From IMG/VR virus record IMGVR_UViG_3300035135_001460, positions 1 to 45,523 of that record: a stretch of DNA of 45,523 bases; one strand, 5' to 3'. Shown here one piece after another: positions 17,031 to 26,700 of the stretch; the stretch's first letter is position 1, and every line of letters starts with the position of its first letter. The DNA comes from a virus. Taxonomy: Duplodnaviria > Caudoviricetes. Under the pieces are notes generated by a model. It had not been told where the DNA came from, searched no databases, and saw only the letters and a program-made list of their open reading frames with translations. A program made the position numbers and the translations under genes.

Positions 17031-20000
17031 TGAACACAGATTTTTCACAAAATTTATGGTATCAAGGCAGAGAACTTGCCAAAGCGGGCACCACCATGCT
17101 CGGATGGATCACCTCTGTTAAGTCAGAAGGTGGTGGCGGAATTTATCAGGTAAGATGTCCTGCAATTCATGGATATTGTGACATTAATGAACAGAATTGT
17201 GAGGAAGATGTAGTAGTAAAGGATGCACTTCCTTGGATTCCTACTATTGCAACAGAACATGGCAACAGTGCCATTGGTGCAAATAATCACACACGTCAGT
17301 ATGCTAAGGGACAATTTGTTATTGTCAAATTTGATGGACCTAACTACAGCAGTCCAACAATCATATCTGCACACAAGGCAAAGCATCCAGTATTAGGAAC
17401 ACAAGAGAATTTTGATCAAAGCAGACCTTATGTTATTGCTTCTCTTGTAGAACCCCTAGAGAAAAATTTCAGCACTGATCAGGGTGACAATGGTTGCTTC
17501 AGTGTTGTAACAAAAGCATCTGAAATTCCTGAGAACGGTGAGAGTGCGAAAAAAGCTAGTAAGTGTGGTGACAGTGGATCTTTGTCATCTGATGTTGGTG
17601 CATTTATTGGTGACTTCTTGAAGATTGTTCAGAACACCGATGGTCAGATTGGATCAAAGTTTGTTAACTCTATTACTGGAGAATTATTTGAGATAACAGG
17701 GTACATTCAAAAGTACATGGCTGCTATCTCTGGTGTTATTCGCAGTGGTATTGGTTGGGTAAAAGCAATTATCACTAAGTATGCTAGAAAGGCTATTGAT
17801 CAATTAGTTAAATTGATCATGACACCGATCAAGGGTATTACCACAACAATTAATGATGTCATTGAGCAAATTCTCAATATGGTGTTCTGTAGTTTTGGTA
17901 ATATTGAATCATTACTCTCCAACATGATTGAAGATCTCCTGAATACTCTTGTAGATTCGGCAGTCAGTAGTGTATTTGGTTGTTTAGATACTCTAGTTGA
18001 TGGTATTCTTAACGAGATCATGGGAGAAGTCCTGGGTCTAGTTGAAAGTATTATGGGTGTCATTGAATCTATTGCTGGCATCATTGGTGGTTTTGGTGAT
18101 CTGCTGGGTGAAGCAATCAACGCAGTATTGGACTTCTTAGGTATTAGTTGTGGCGGTGCAGGTGATTGTGCCACAGATGCATCTAATGCTCTTACTGCCA
18201 CATTTAATAATCCTGGTGAGTTTGGACTCACTGATGGCATCAAATCATCTCTGCAAGGTGGTTTAGATGCTGTTAATAATGTGAGTAGTGATATTGATAA
18301 ATCTACTGCGGAGGCGAATGCAGAAGCAGCAGAATATGCTAAAGGTGTTGACCTAGGAACAGCAAATGTTCCTGGTGTGTCTACAGATAACCAAGCATTG
18401 AGGAATGCATTTACTACAGCAAATAACATGGCTGCTAGTGCTGTCTCTAATGTATTTGATTTCTGTAATAATCTTAGTGCTGGAAATGATGGATCTACAG
18501 GAGCTTCTACCACACCAACTAATCCTGGTGATGATGGACCATATACACCTAGCACAACTTACGCAGTAGTTATTGGTAAGGAGGAGGATAAGTATGATGC
18601 AGAATATAGTATGTTCACTATAAAGGATTCTGCTAAGAGCGGTGACACTCAACAGATTAAGATCAGAAGAGATAATACGCATGAAGATGGTGTAATTATT
18701 TTTGTTGTCCACCTTTCAAATATTGATACTGCTAGAGTTGTCGGTATTACTGAGGGTCTTACTGCTGGTGGTGATCTTCAGAAAGGCACAGTTCTTGATG
18801 ATAAGCAATATGCGAAGATGCCTAAGAAGAGTAAGTCTACTCAAGAGTTTCCTAAGAAGAATCGTGTTGTTACATCTGAAAAAGTATTCTTCCCTGCAGG
18901 TACAAATGAAGTTGTTGTAGATGTCCCTACGCTTCTAAATGAACCACCTAAAGATGATGAGGGATTCCAGAATGCAGAAGAAGTAACATATACTGCTTCA
19001 ATTTATAGAGCTTCTGATGATTTAGATAAGAATAATTATCCGTATAAGAATTTACCACATACCTCGGCACTTTTAAACAGTGCTAAGTTGAAGATTACGT
19101 TTGCAAAAATTCCTGGTAGTGATCCAACTACTACTGATATTTACTTGCCACCTGAAATCCTTACAAACAAAGTTAATTACTCTGTTAACAATGTAAGTGT
19201 TGCTGCTGGTCAATCAGCACAGTTCCAAGTTGTCCGTAGTCCAGTTGTTGATTATACAACAAAAGTAAAGTGTACTACAGGAACAGATCCTGGTGCTCAA
19301 TCTCCTGCTGTTGATGGAACTCATTATACTGGTGGTAGCGCCATTCTTACATTTGGACCTGGGGAAAATAATAAAATTTTCTCTGTTCCAACTATAGAAG
19401 TTGCAACTCTCACTAATACAACTAAATCTTTTGATGTAACATTTGTAGATAATGAACTTCCTCTTAATGTAGCATCAAATCTTGGTGGTAGTGGTACTAC
19501 TGCTGGTACTCAGATTGGCGCTGGTATTACTAGAATAGGTGTTATTAACTACAGTCCTACATTTACACCATCTCCAATCTGTAAGGCAGAGATTCTCATA
19601 ACTTCTGAGAACGCACCATGTATTGTTCAAGAAGAAGATGTGCCTCTTAATATTGGTGTGATTGTTAAAACTAGTGTTCCTGGTTATATTTTCAGCTATG
19701 AGTGGCAGAGATCTCTTGATCCAGATGCAACCAGCTGGACTACAGTAACTAATGGTGTTAGAAATGAAACAATTACTGAAAAGGTAACTGAGTTCGGACC
19801 CTCTGATATTACAATTATTGATGGTAATGGTCAGAGTGTTACTCTGGATGCATGGGAGACGACAGATGTGAATCAGTCTGTCAGTATTACTTATACTGGT
19901 GCCACTACAAATACTCTGTCAGTTCAACAACCATCATATCTTATTCTTGATCAAGAATATTATCGTTGTGTAATTACTGCAACACCAGTAACTCCTTCTG

Positions 20001-21688
20001 AATATACTCCAACACTTACACATACTACTGAACCAACTTATGTTGGTATTACTAAAGATGGTGTATTTTCTAGCACTGTAAATTGTGCTCCTCCTGGAAC
20101 ATTACAGGATGGAAATGTAATTACATATACTAATGCTGCATCAGCTGCAGGTGTTGGTACATCATTTGAATTGTATGAGAACTACAAACCAACATTAACT
20201 TCAGAGAATGTTCCTGGAGATAAGTTGACTGCCAAATTCTTGGCAGACGGTAGTGGTATTCAAGTCAGTGGCGAAGGAAATGGTGGACAGGGTTCTGTCA
20301 AACTTAGATTTGAGTGGGACGATAATGTCAAAACTTCTGGTCAAGCAGTTGGTCAACTCTATGTTGCTGGAAAAACTTTCAGTCAGGGTAGTAAAGAGAA
20401 AGGTATTATAGAAAAAACTATCTATGTAGAAGCTGGTAAAACTTATAAGTTCCAATATAAGAAAGCTAAGAAATCTGCAAAACAACGTGGAACTAAGGTT
20501 ATTTCTGATGGTCAAATTATCTTATGGGATGATGATGCTGGTAACTCATTTGACGAGAACGCCAGACTCAGTATTCTAAAAGTTACTGGTAAAGAAAGTA
20601 GCATCATCACTAAGAAAATAAACAACTTCACCGCAGGATTTTATCCTAAGGCAATCGGTCAGTATGCACAACATACTTATGGTGGTGATTTAAATTGGGC
20701 TAATCTGAACTCCTCATATGAAGGTGATTTCACATTAGTTGGTGGTAGTGGTACAGGTTTGGTTGTAAAAGCAAAATTCCAAGCTTTAGCTGGTCTTGGT
20801 GGTAATCCTAATAACACAAAGTATACTATTCTTGCTATCATCAATCCTGGTGAAAACTATGCTGTTGGTGATGAACTCTCATTCCCAGATCAGGGTGGAT
20901 ATACCTTTAGTCAGATGGGAGATCTTATGAGAATTCTGAATCCTGACTTTGGCATTGATGATAGTGCTGGTGCCTGTGAAGTTGTAGAACCAACTCAAGA
21001 TGTTCCTGAAGATGTTATTCCTGATGATCCTAACCCACCCGTGGATCCAGAGGATGAAGTTCCTGAGGTTAATCCACCTGATCCTGATGATGAAGACATT
21101 GATCTCCCAGTAGTTCCTGTGGATGATCCTGATGATGACGATGAAATTCCTCCTAACACACCTGTAATTATTGATGAAGGTGGTGGTGTGATTTCTGTTC
21201 CTGTTCCTCCTGGTCTTCCCAGATATAAACAACCTCCTCTGATTCCTATCAGTGGTCCTGGAACTGGTGCCATTGCAAAAGCAGAACTGGATGCTGATGG
21301 CAGATTAGTTGATATTGTGGTAAAATCAAAGGGTATTGGATATACTCCATCAGACTTTGATCAGTGTGGTATTATTACAAATATCATACTTACCAACGTG
21401 GGTGGATATTATACTGAGTCACCAACAGTATATGTCAATAACGATCCTACCATCGCTGTTGCTGCCATTCAAAATGGTAGACTTGCAGAGATTAGAATTA
21501 CCAATCCACAAAATAAAGTTTATAGTACTATTCCTGATGTTAGGATTCAAGGAGATGGATTTGGTGGTTCTGCTAAAGCAGTCATTAGGTTTGTTCCATG
21601 TCCTAATGTTGCTGACGAATATTTGAATGTTGTCAATAAATACAACGATAGCAAACTTGGAATCGTGTCCGTCGTAGATTGCCCATAA
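17030..21688 (+). CDS. gp5: gp5-like baseplate hub/spike protein: N-terminal OB-fold, helical region, Calx-beta/Ig-like domains
   Basis: YQVRCPAIHG..LPW..GQFVIVKFDG..SPTII gp5 OB-fold pattern; VFFPAGTNEVVVDVP and LTFGPGENNKIFSVP Calx-beta-like strands; G.GA.A.A..G....I.V..G.GY repeats. Confidence 0.7.
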   Translation: MNTDFSQNLWYQGRELAKAGTTMLGWITSVKSEGGGGIYQVRCPAIHGYCDINEQNCEEDVVVKDALPWIPTIATEHGNSAIGANNHTRQYAKGQFVIVKFDGPNYSSPTIISAHKAKHPVLGTQENFDQSRPYVIASLVEPLEKNFSTDQGDNGCFSVVTKASEIPENGESAKKASKCGDSGSLSSDVGAFIGDFLKIVQNTDGQIGSKFVNSITGELFEITGYIQKYMAAISGVIRSGIGWVKAIITKYARKAIDQLVKLIMTPIKGITTTINDVIEQILNMVFCSFGNIESLLSNMIEDLLNTLVDSAVSSVFGCLDTLVDGILNEIMGEVLGLVESIMGVIESIAGIIGGFGDLLGEAINAVLDFLGISCGGAGDCATDASNALTATFNNPGEFGLTDGIKSSLQGGLDAVNNVSSDIDKSTAEANAEAAEYAKGVDLGTANVPGVSTDNQALRNAFTTANNMAASAVSNVFDFCNNLSAGNDGSTGASTTPTNPGDDGPYTPSTTYAVVIGKEEDKYDAEYSMFTIKDSAKSGDTQQIKIRRDNTHEDGVIIFVVHLSNIDTARVVGITEGLTAGGDLQKGTVLDDKQYAKMPKKSKSTQEFPKKNRVVTSEKVFFPAGTNEVVVDVPTLLNEPPKDDEGFQNAEEVTYTASIYRASDDLDKNNYPYKNLPHTSALLNSAKLKITFAKIPGSDPTTTDIYLPPEILTNKVNYSVNNVSVAAGQSAQFQVVRSPVVDYTTKVKCTTGTDPGAQSPAVDGTHYTGGSAILTFGPGENNKIFSVPTIEVATLTNTTKSFDVTFVDNELPLNVASNLGGSGTTAGTQIGAGITRIGVINYSPTFTPSPICKAEILITSENAPCIVQEEDVPLNIGVIVKTSVPGYIFSYEWQRSLDPDATSWTTVTNGVRNETITEKVTEFGPSDITIIDGNGQSVTLDAWETTDVNQSVSITYTGATTNTLSVQQPSYLILDQEYYRCVITATPVTPSEYTPTLTHTTEPTYVGITKDGVFSSTVNCAPPGTLQDGNVITYTNAASAAGVGTSFELYENYKPTLTSENVPGDKLTAKFLADGSGIQVSGEGNGGQGSVKLRFEWDDNVKTSGQAVGQLYVAGKTFSQGSKEKGIIEKTIYVEAGKTYKFQYKKAKKSAKQRGTKVISDGQIILWDDDAGNSFDENARLSILKVTGKESSIITKKINNFTAGFYPKAIGQYAQHTYGGDLNWANLNSSYEGDFTLVGGSGTGLVVKAKFQALAGLGGNPNNTKYTILAIINPGENYAVGDELSFPDQGGYTFSQMGDLMRILNPDFGIDDSAGACEVVEPTQDVPEDVIPDDPNPPVDPEDEVPEVNPPDPDDEDIDLPVVPVDDPDDDDEIPPNTPVIIDEGGGVISVPVPPGLPRYKQPPLIPISGPGTGAIAKAELDADGRLVDIVVKSKGIGYTPSDFDQCGIITNIILTNVGGYYTESPTVYVNNDPTIAVAAIQNGRLAEIRITNPQNKVYSTIPDVRIQGDGFGGSAKAVIRFVPCPNVADEYLNVVNKYNDSKLGIVSVVDCP

Positions 21689-21691
21689 AAA

Positions 21692-22888
21692 ATGTTACAG
21701 AACAAACAGTCTATTGAACAAAAGTCTTCTCAGATTACTGAGAATATTAATGAGGTTAGGTGCAGCATTACAGATAGCTCTTTTAGAGTTTTTGAGACAT
21801 GCGCTGTTGACGATAGAAACTATGAGATGCGCCACTATCGTGGTTCAATGATCCGATGGCAGGAGAACGGTGCAGTTCTTCTTATTGCTAGAAGTGCTGA
21901 TCTTACTCCTAATGAAGGATACCTTGATGTTAAATCAACAGGGTATATGCACTTTAAGTCTGATCATGACATCAAACTCACTGCTGAGGGACATACTGTA
22001 ACGGGTGGCGGAGAAGGTGGTAGTAGTGAAGAGAAGAGCGTTGACATTTTTGGTACAGGTGATGTAGTAATTCAATCTAATGGTAAAGGTGGTGTTTACA
22101 TTACTGCTGCTAAGGACATTGAATTAAATGCAGGCGGTAGTATTAAACTAAAAGCAGCAGAGCAGATTAGTTTGAACACGGGAAGTCAGGATCCCGTACC
22201 ATTTGGATTGACAGAGAGTGTTGGTAGTGGTAAACTGAGTATCTCCACAGGTCAATATGAACTGTCCACAACCAGTTACAAAGAAACTGTTAGTGGTTCA
22301 AAGATGGAGGAGAATTATGGTGAGGTAATTCAGGATCAGAAGTTAAACATTCTAGAACCTGCTGCTCTTGGAGAAGGAGCACACCTTACTACAGTTGAAA
22401 CTGTGGGTACACTCCACCATAAGGTTGGTCATGATTATATTCTTGAAGTTGATGGCAAGATGAAGGTCAAAGTCAATAACAACCCCATTAAAAAGGTTGG
22501 TCCTTTGTTCTTAGAAATGCCTATGGAAGCATTGAAGTATGAGGTCATGGGTAGTAGAACATCTACTTTGAATCCAGATCCTATTCTTCAGTATGCTCAA
22601 GACTTCGTTGATATTCCCATGGGTAATTCTTATTGTCAGGTTGATGTTGCTGCTCCAGGAACGTCAGCATGGTCTGCTGGATCTCTCACAAAAGGAGATC
22701 TTGTTATGCAGGCAACAGCAGTTGGTAGTATTGGTCTTCAAACTGGACCCACACCAGCAAACATGATTCTTTTAATGAATGATGGTGGATCTATCTTACA
22801 GCAAGCAAACGGTGCCATGGGTATGATTCTCATGACAGCAACAAAAGTAATCAACGCAACGGCAGGAGTTGCTATTAATCTAAACTGA
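21692..22888 (+). CDS. gp5 C-terminal beta-helix-like spike protein
   Basis: H.RGS.I.W.ENG motif and repeated short beta-strand units (I.A..DIELNAGGSIKLKA...ISLN), ends AINLN. Confidence 0.55.
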   Translation: MLQNKQSIEQKSSQITENINEVRCSITDSSFRVFETCAVDDRNYEMRHYRGSMIRWQENGAVLLIARSADLTPNEGYLDVKSTGYMHFKSDHDIKLTAEGHTVTGGGEGGSSEEKSVDIFGTGDVVIQSNGKGGVYITAAKDIELNAGGSIKLKAAEQISLNTGSQDPVPFGLTESVGSGKLSISTGQYELSTTSYKETVSGSKMEENYGEVIQDQKLNILEPAALGEGAHLTTVETVGTLHHKVGHDYILEVDGKMKVKVNNNPIKKVGPLFLEMPMEALKYEVMGSRTSTLNPDPILQYAQDFVDIPMGNSYCQVDVAAPGTSAWSAGSLTKGDLVMQATAVGSIGLQTGPTPANMILLMNDGGSILQQANGAMGMILMTATKVINATAGVAINLN

Positions 22889-23220
22889 TGACACTTGGTA
22901 AACATTGTTTCACGGAGGTGTATGAATGCCCCCGAGAACTTCTTGATGATGAAAACTATTTAAAAGAGCATATCATTCAGTCTCTAAATAAAACTAGTTT
23001 AACCTTATTGGACATTTCGTCTCATAAGTTTGAACCACAAGGTGTTACTATAGTAGCATTACTCTCTGAGAGTCACATCAGCATCCACACTTGGCCCGAG
23101 CGAGGGTCTGCCGCCCTAGATGTTTTTACATGTGGGGACACGAATCCAGAAGTAGCGATGATGCATATGATTGAGGCACTCAAGGCGAGAGATTACAACC
23201 TAAAATGTATCAAACGCTAA
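22888..23220 (+). CDS. speD: S-adenosylmethionine decarboxylase proenzyme (pyruvoyl-dependent family)
   Basis: HKFEPQGVT..LLSESHISIHTWPE.G.AALDVFTCG signature with E-S self-cleavage site. Confidence 0.92.
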   Translation: MTLGKHCFTEVYECPRELLDDENYLKEHIIQSLNKTSLTLLDISSHKFEPQGVTIVALLSESHISIHTWPERGSAALDVFTCGDTNPEVAMMHMIEALKARDYNLKCIKR

Positions 23221-23221
23221 T

Positions 23222-23482
23222 ATGTACAAAGTAACCGCTAAACATGTCATCACCGATGAAGAAGGGATTGTAAAGGCATACTTTCTCAATGGTATTCCTT
23301 TTACGTTTGACTCTTTGGATGGTGAAACTCAGAATGATGAAGCAGTTTTAGCAGAAGTGATAAATTCTCCTACAGTTTCCATTGAACTAATTCATCAGAA
23401 GTCTGCATATTTGTTGGAGGAAGGTTTACACCCAATGTTGAGCGGTATAGAATTAGATCCCGAAAGCACTTTACCCGAATGA
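23222..23482 (+). CDS. Hypothetical cyanophage protein
   Basis: ORF tightly packed after speD. Confidence 0.7.
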   Translation: MYKVTAKHVITDEEGIVKAYFLNGIPFTFDSLDGETQNDEAVLAEVINSPTVSIELIHQKSAYLLEEGLHPMLSGIELDPESTLPE

Positions 23483-23649
23483 AAATCAATCTCTGGTACT
23501 CACAACCCACAAGACAGTGGCGATGGACTCTCACAGACGAAAAAAATGACATGCAGCAAGAATCTGGTCAACAACCATTCTTGCGTGACGCTATGGATGA
23601 TGTCGCCAACACCGTAGAATACATGCTTGACACAATGCAAAATGAGTGA
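23479..23649 (+). CDS. Small hypothetical protein (56 aa, not in ORF track)
   Basis: Hand translation MKINLWYSQPTRQWRWTLTDEKNDMQQESGQQPFLRDAMDDVANTVEYMLDTMQNE*; ATGA overlap with upstream stop. Confidence 0.75.
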   Translation: MKINLWYSQPTRQWRWTLTDEKNDMQQESGQQPFLRDAMDDVANTVEYMLDTMQNE

Positions 23650-23655
23650 TACAAT
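23627..23655 (+). promoter_or_regulatory. Strong sigma70-type promoter
   Basis: TTGACA (23627) N17 TACAAT (23650) with extended TG. Confidence 0.8.
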
Positions 23656-23659
23656 TTAA

Positions 23660-23713
23660 TTTCCGTGTGAAGGAAGTGTTAGAGATCAGGTACTTTGTGC
23701 CTGATCTTTTTTT
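23660..23713 (+). ncRNA. Putative ~50-nt small RNA (promoter, small hairpin, terminator; no ORF)
   Basis: TTCC-GTGTGAA-GGAA hairpin then terminator stem, directly after the promoter. Confidence 0.55.
23681..23713 (+). terminator. Rho-independent terminator
   Basis: AGAGATCAGGTAC-TTT-GTGCCTGATCTTT stem plus T-run. Confidence 0.85.
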
Positions 23714-23716
23714 ATA

Positions 23717-23724
23717 GATAAATA
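23717..23724 (+). promoter_or_regulatory. Late promoter for tail fibre gene
   Basis: GATAAATA 33 bp upstream of ATG 23758, just after the terminator. Confidence 0.7.
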
Positions 23725-23757
23725 ACCCAGAAGAACCATTTTGTATAATACCTTCAG

Positions 23758-26700
23758 ATGGCATTAACCAGATTAACTAACTTGATTGCTTCCAGAACTG
23801 GAAGGATGTTGTATGTAAACCCTGACGATTTTAATGCGTCAGATTTGATTTCTAATAACGGTAACTCACCCACAAGACCGTTTAAGAGTATTCAACGTGC
23901 GCTACTTGAAGTAGCAAGATTCTCTTATATTCAGGGTCAGAATAACGATAAGTACGACCAGTTTACTATCAATCTTTCTCCTGGTGAGTATATTATTGAT
24001 AACCGTCCTGGTAAGGCAAACACTGCTGAAGTTCCTGAACTGTCTGATCAGTCAAACTTTGACATCACCGATCCTGCAAACGATCTGGTTAAGTTTAACT
24101 CCACTGAGGGTGGATTAGTTGTACCTAGAGGTACTTCTCTCGTTGGTATGGACTTGAGAAAGACTAGAGTCCGACCACGATATGTTCCTAACCCTGCTGA
24201 TAGTTCTATTGACAGAACATCAATCTTTAAGGTAACTGGTGCATGTTATTTCTGGCAGTTCTCTCTGTTTGATGCTCTTCCTACATCTGATGTTTCTGGT
24301 AATGGCGGTGTTTATAATGAACCCACCAGTAACACGATTGTAAACTCTAACTATTCACACCATAAGGTCACTTGCTTTACATATGCCGACCAGAGTGATC
24401 TAGATCTTTTCTATGCGAAAGCAGCGAGAGCATTTGAATCCATTCCTACAACTCCTGGTGAGTTGGAGTCAAGAACTCAAGAGAATAGAATCGTTGGTCC
24501 TCTGCAACAGGCAGGACAAAAAGATATTCTATCGGTAAATGTTTCTGGTTCTCTCGTAACTGTTGTAACTGATGGTCCTCACGAAGTATTTGAGGGTCAG
24601 CAGATCACCATTGAGGACGTAGTTGGTGCCTATTCTGCATTGAATGGTACATATTATGTTACCGATGTTGCTAACGACAGTCAACTTACAGTAACACTTA
24701 ACGGTCTTGCTCCTGGTAATGTTCCTAGTGTTGATCTTGCCAACGCCATTGTTAAGGCTGAGATTGATACTGTTGACTCATCCTCACCATACATCTTTAA
24801 CTGTTCACTGAGATCTACTTATGGTCTTTGTGGTCTGTGGGCAGATGGTAGTAAGGTCAGTGGATTTAAGTCCATGGTTGTCGCCCAGTTCACGGGTGTT
24901 TCACTTCAGAAGGATGACCGTGCTTTTGTTAAGTTCACTGAAACTACTTCACCTAACCCTAGTTTTGTTCTAGAGGGTGGTGCATCTGATGCCATTGCTC
25001 TACACCAGGATTCTACTAGAGGTGTATATTATCGTGGTGATGCTACTACTGGTTGGAGACACTATCACATCCGTGTGTCTAACAACTCATTCATTCAGTC
25101 AGTTTCGGTGTTCGCCGTTGGTTACGCTGAGCAGCACTTAATTGAGTCTGGTGGTGATTATTCTGTTACAAACTCTAACTCTAACTTTGGTACACAAGCT
25201 CTGATTGCTGATGGTTTCAGACCAGACGCATTTACACTTGATAAGAAGGGTAAGTTTACTCATATTGTTCCTCCTCAAGCACTGACAACACTTGAGTCTA
25301 ACATTCAGTATTATCCTTTGGATGTTCAGAAGAGTAAAGCAGGATTATCTGCTGATTCTACTGGAACTAAATTGTTCATGTTTGAGCAGAGAGATCCCTC
25401 TGAAACTCCAGTATTTGATATCAACAATTATAAGTTAGGTGGTAAACTTAACGATAAAGTATTTGCTAAACTTACTGATCCTGCAACAGGTAGATTCTCA
25501 GAGTTCTCTGCGGAAATTTCTCCTAGTGGTATTGAAGAGCATCAGATCACCAACGTAAATGTTGGAACTGACACCTTTACAACAGCATCTACCAATGATT
25601 TTGAGACTGCTACACCAATTAGAATCTATAGTAGCACAGGTTACTTACCTCTCGGCATGGAGTCTAACAGACTTTACTATGCTATTAAGATCAATAATAC
25701 ATCATTTAAGATTGCACCTTCAGAAGAAGATGCAAGAGCAGGCGCTGGTGGAGATCCAAATAGTATTGTAAATATCAGATCTATTATTCCACTCGGTGCT
25801 GTTCTGACGGTAAAAGCATTTGTATCTGATACAAATCCTGAACTTCCAAGATTTAATGTTTCTGTAAACGCAAGTAATGAAACATTTTCAACAGGTACAT
25901 TCCCTCATGGTTTCACGACTGGTGACAAAGTATTCTTCCGTCGCAGAGTAATTGCTGATGTAGTTCAAACAGGACAACTTCCTCAAATCCAGCAGAGTGG
26001 AACTACACAAGATATTAGTTTGACGACTGAGTATTTTGTTAAAGTTGTAGATTCTTATACATTTAAGATTGCTGATACTTTATCAAATGCAAACAATGAT
26101 ATTCCTATTCCTGTTGATGCCCCTGGCGATGTTGCCCAGGTAGTTGTTTATAGAAACATCCAGAAATCTCCCCTGAGATATGATCCAACACAGGAAAACT
26201 GGTATATCTCAGTAGCATCTAACGTACAAAATACAATTCACCCTGTTCTCACCAGCAGCAGTTCTGGAAACATTTATGCTAATACTCTGCTGACTAACAC
26301 CGAGAACGTTTATTTCAAGAGAATTAGCGATAACAGACAACTCGCTGATAGAACATATCGTATGAGATATGTTATTCCTAAGACTGAACTTAACGCCAGA
26401 CCTCCTCTGATTGGTTATGTTGTTCAGAGAAGAACTGACTCTACTAATGTCATCATTCCTTATGATACTAACAGTGCGACAGGACAAACTTCTGAATTTG
26501 ATAGAATTTATTTCATCTATAGATCAGATACTATTCTGAAACACATTCCTGGTGAGCAGGATGGTGTTTATTATCTGACTATTCTTCTTGCTGACGTTGC
26601 TCCTAAGGGTTCTCAGTTTAACTCTGCAACAAATACATTTGATTTCCTGAAGTATTCTCAGGATGTGAGTAAGATTTATCCTGACCTTGATAAGGATAAC

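Noticed and set aside
17800-18555. 251-aa minus-strand ORF inside gp5
   Set aside because: Antisense shadow of a codon-biased gene; no promoter or recognisable motif
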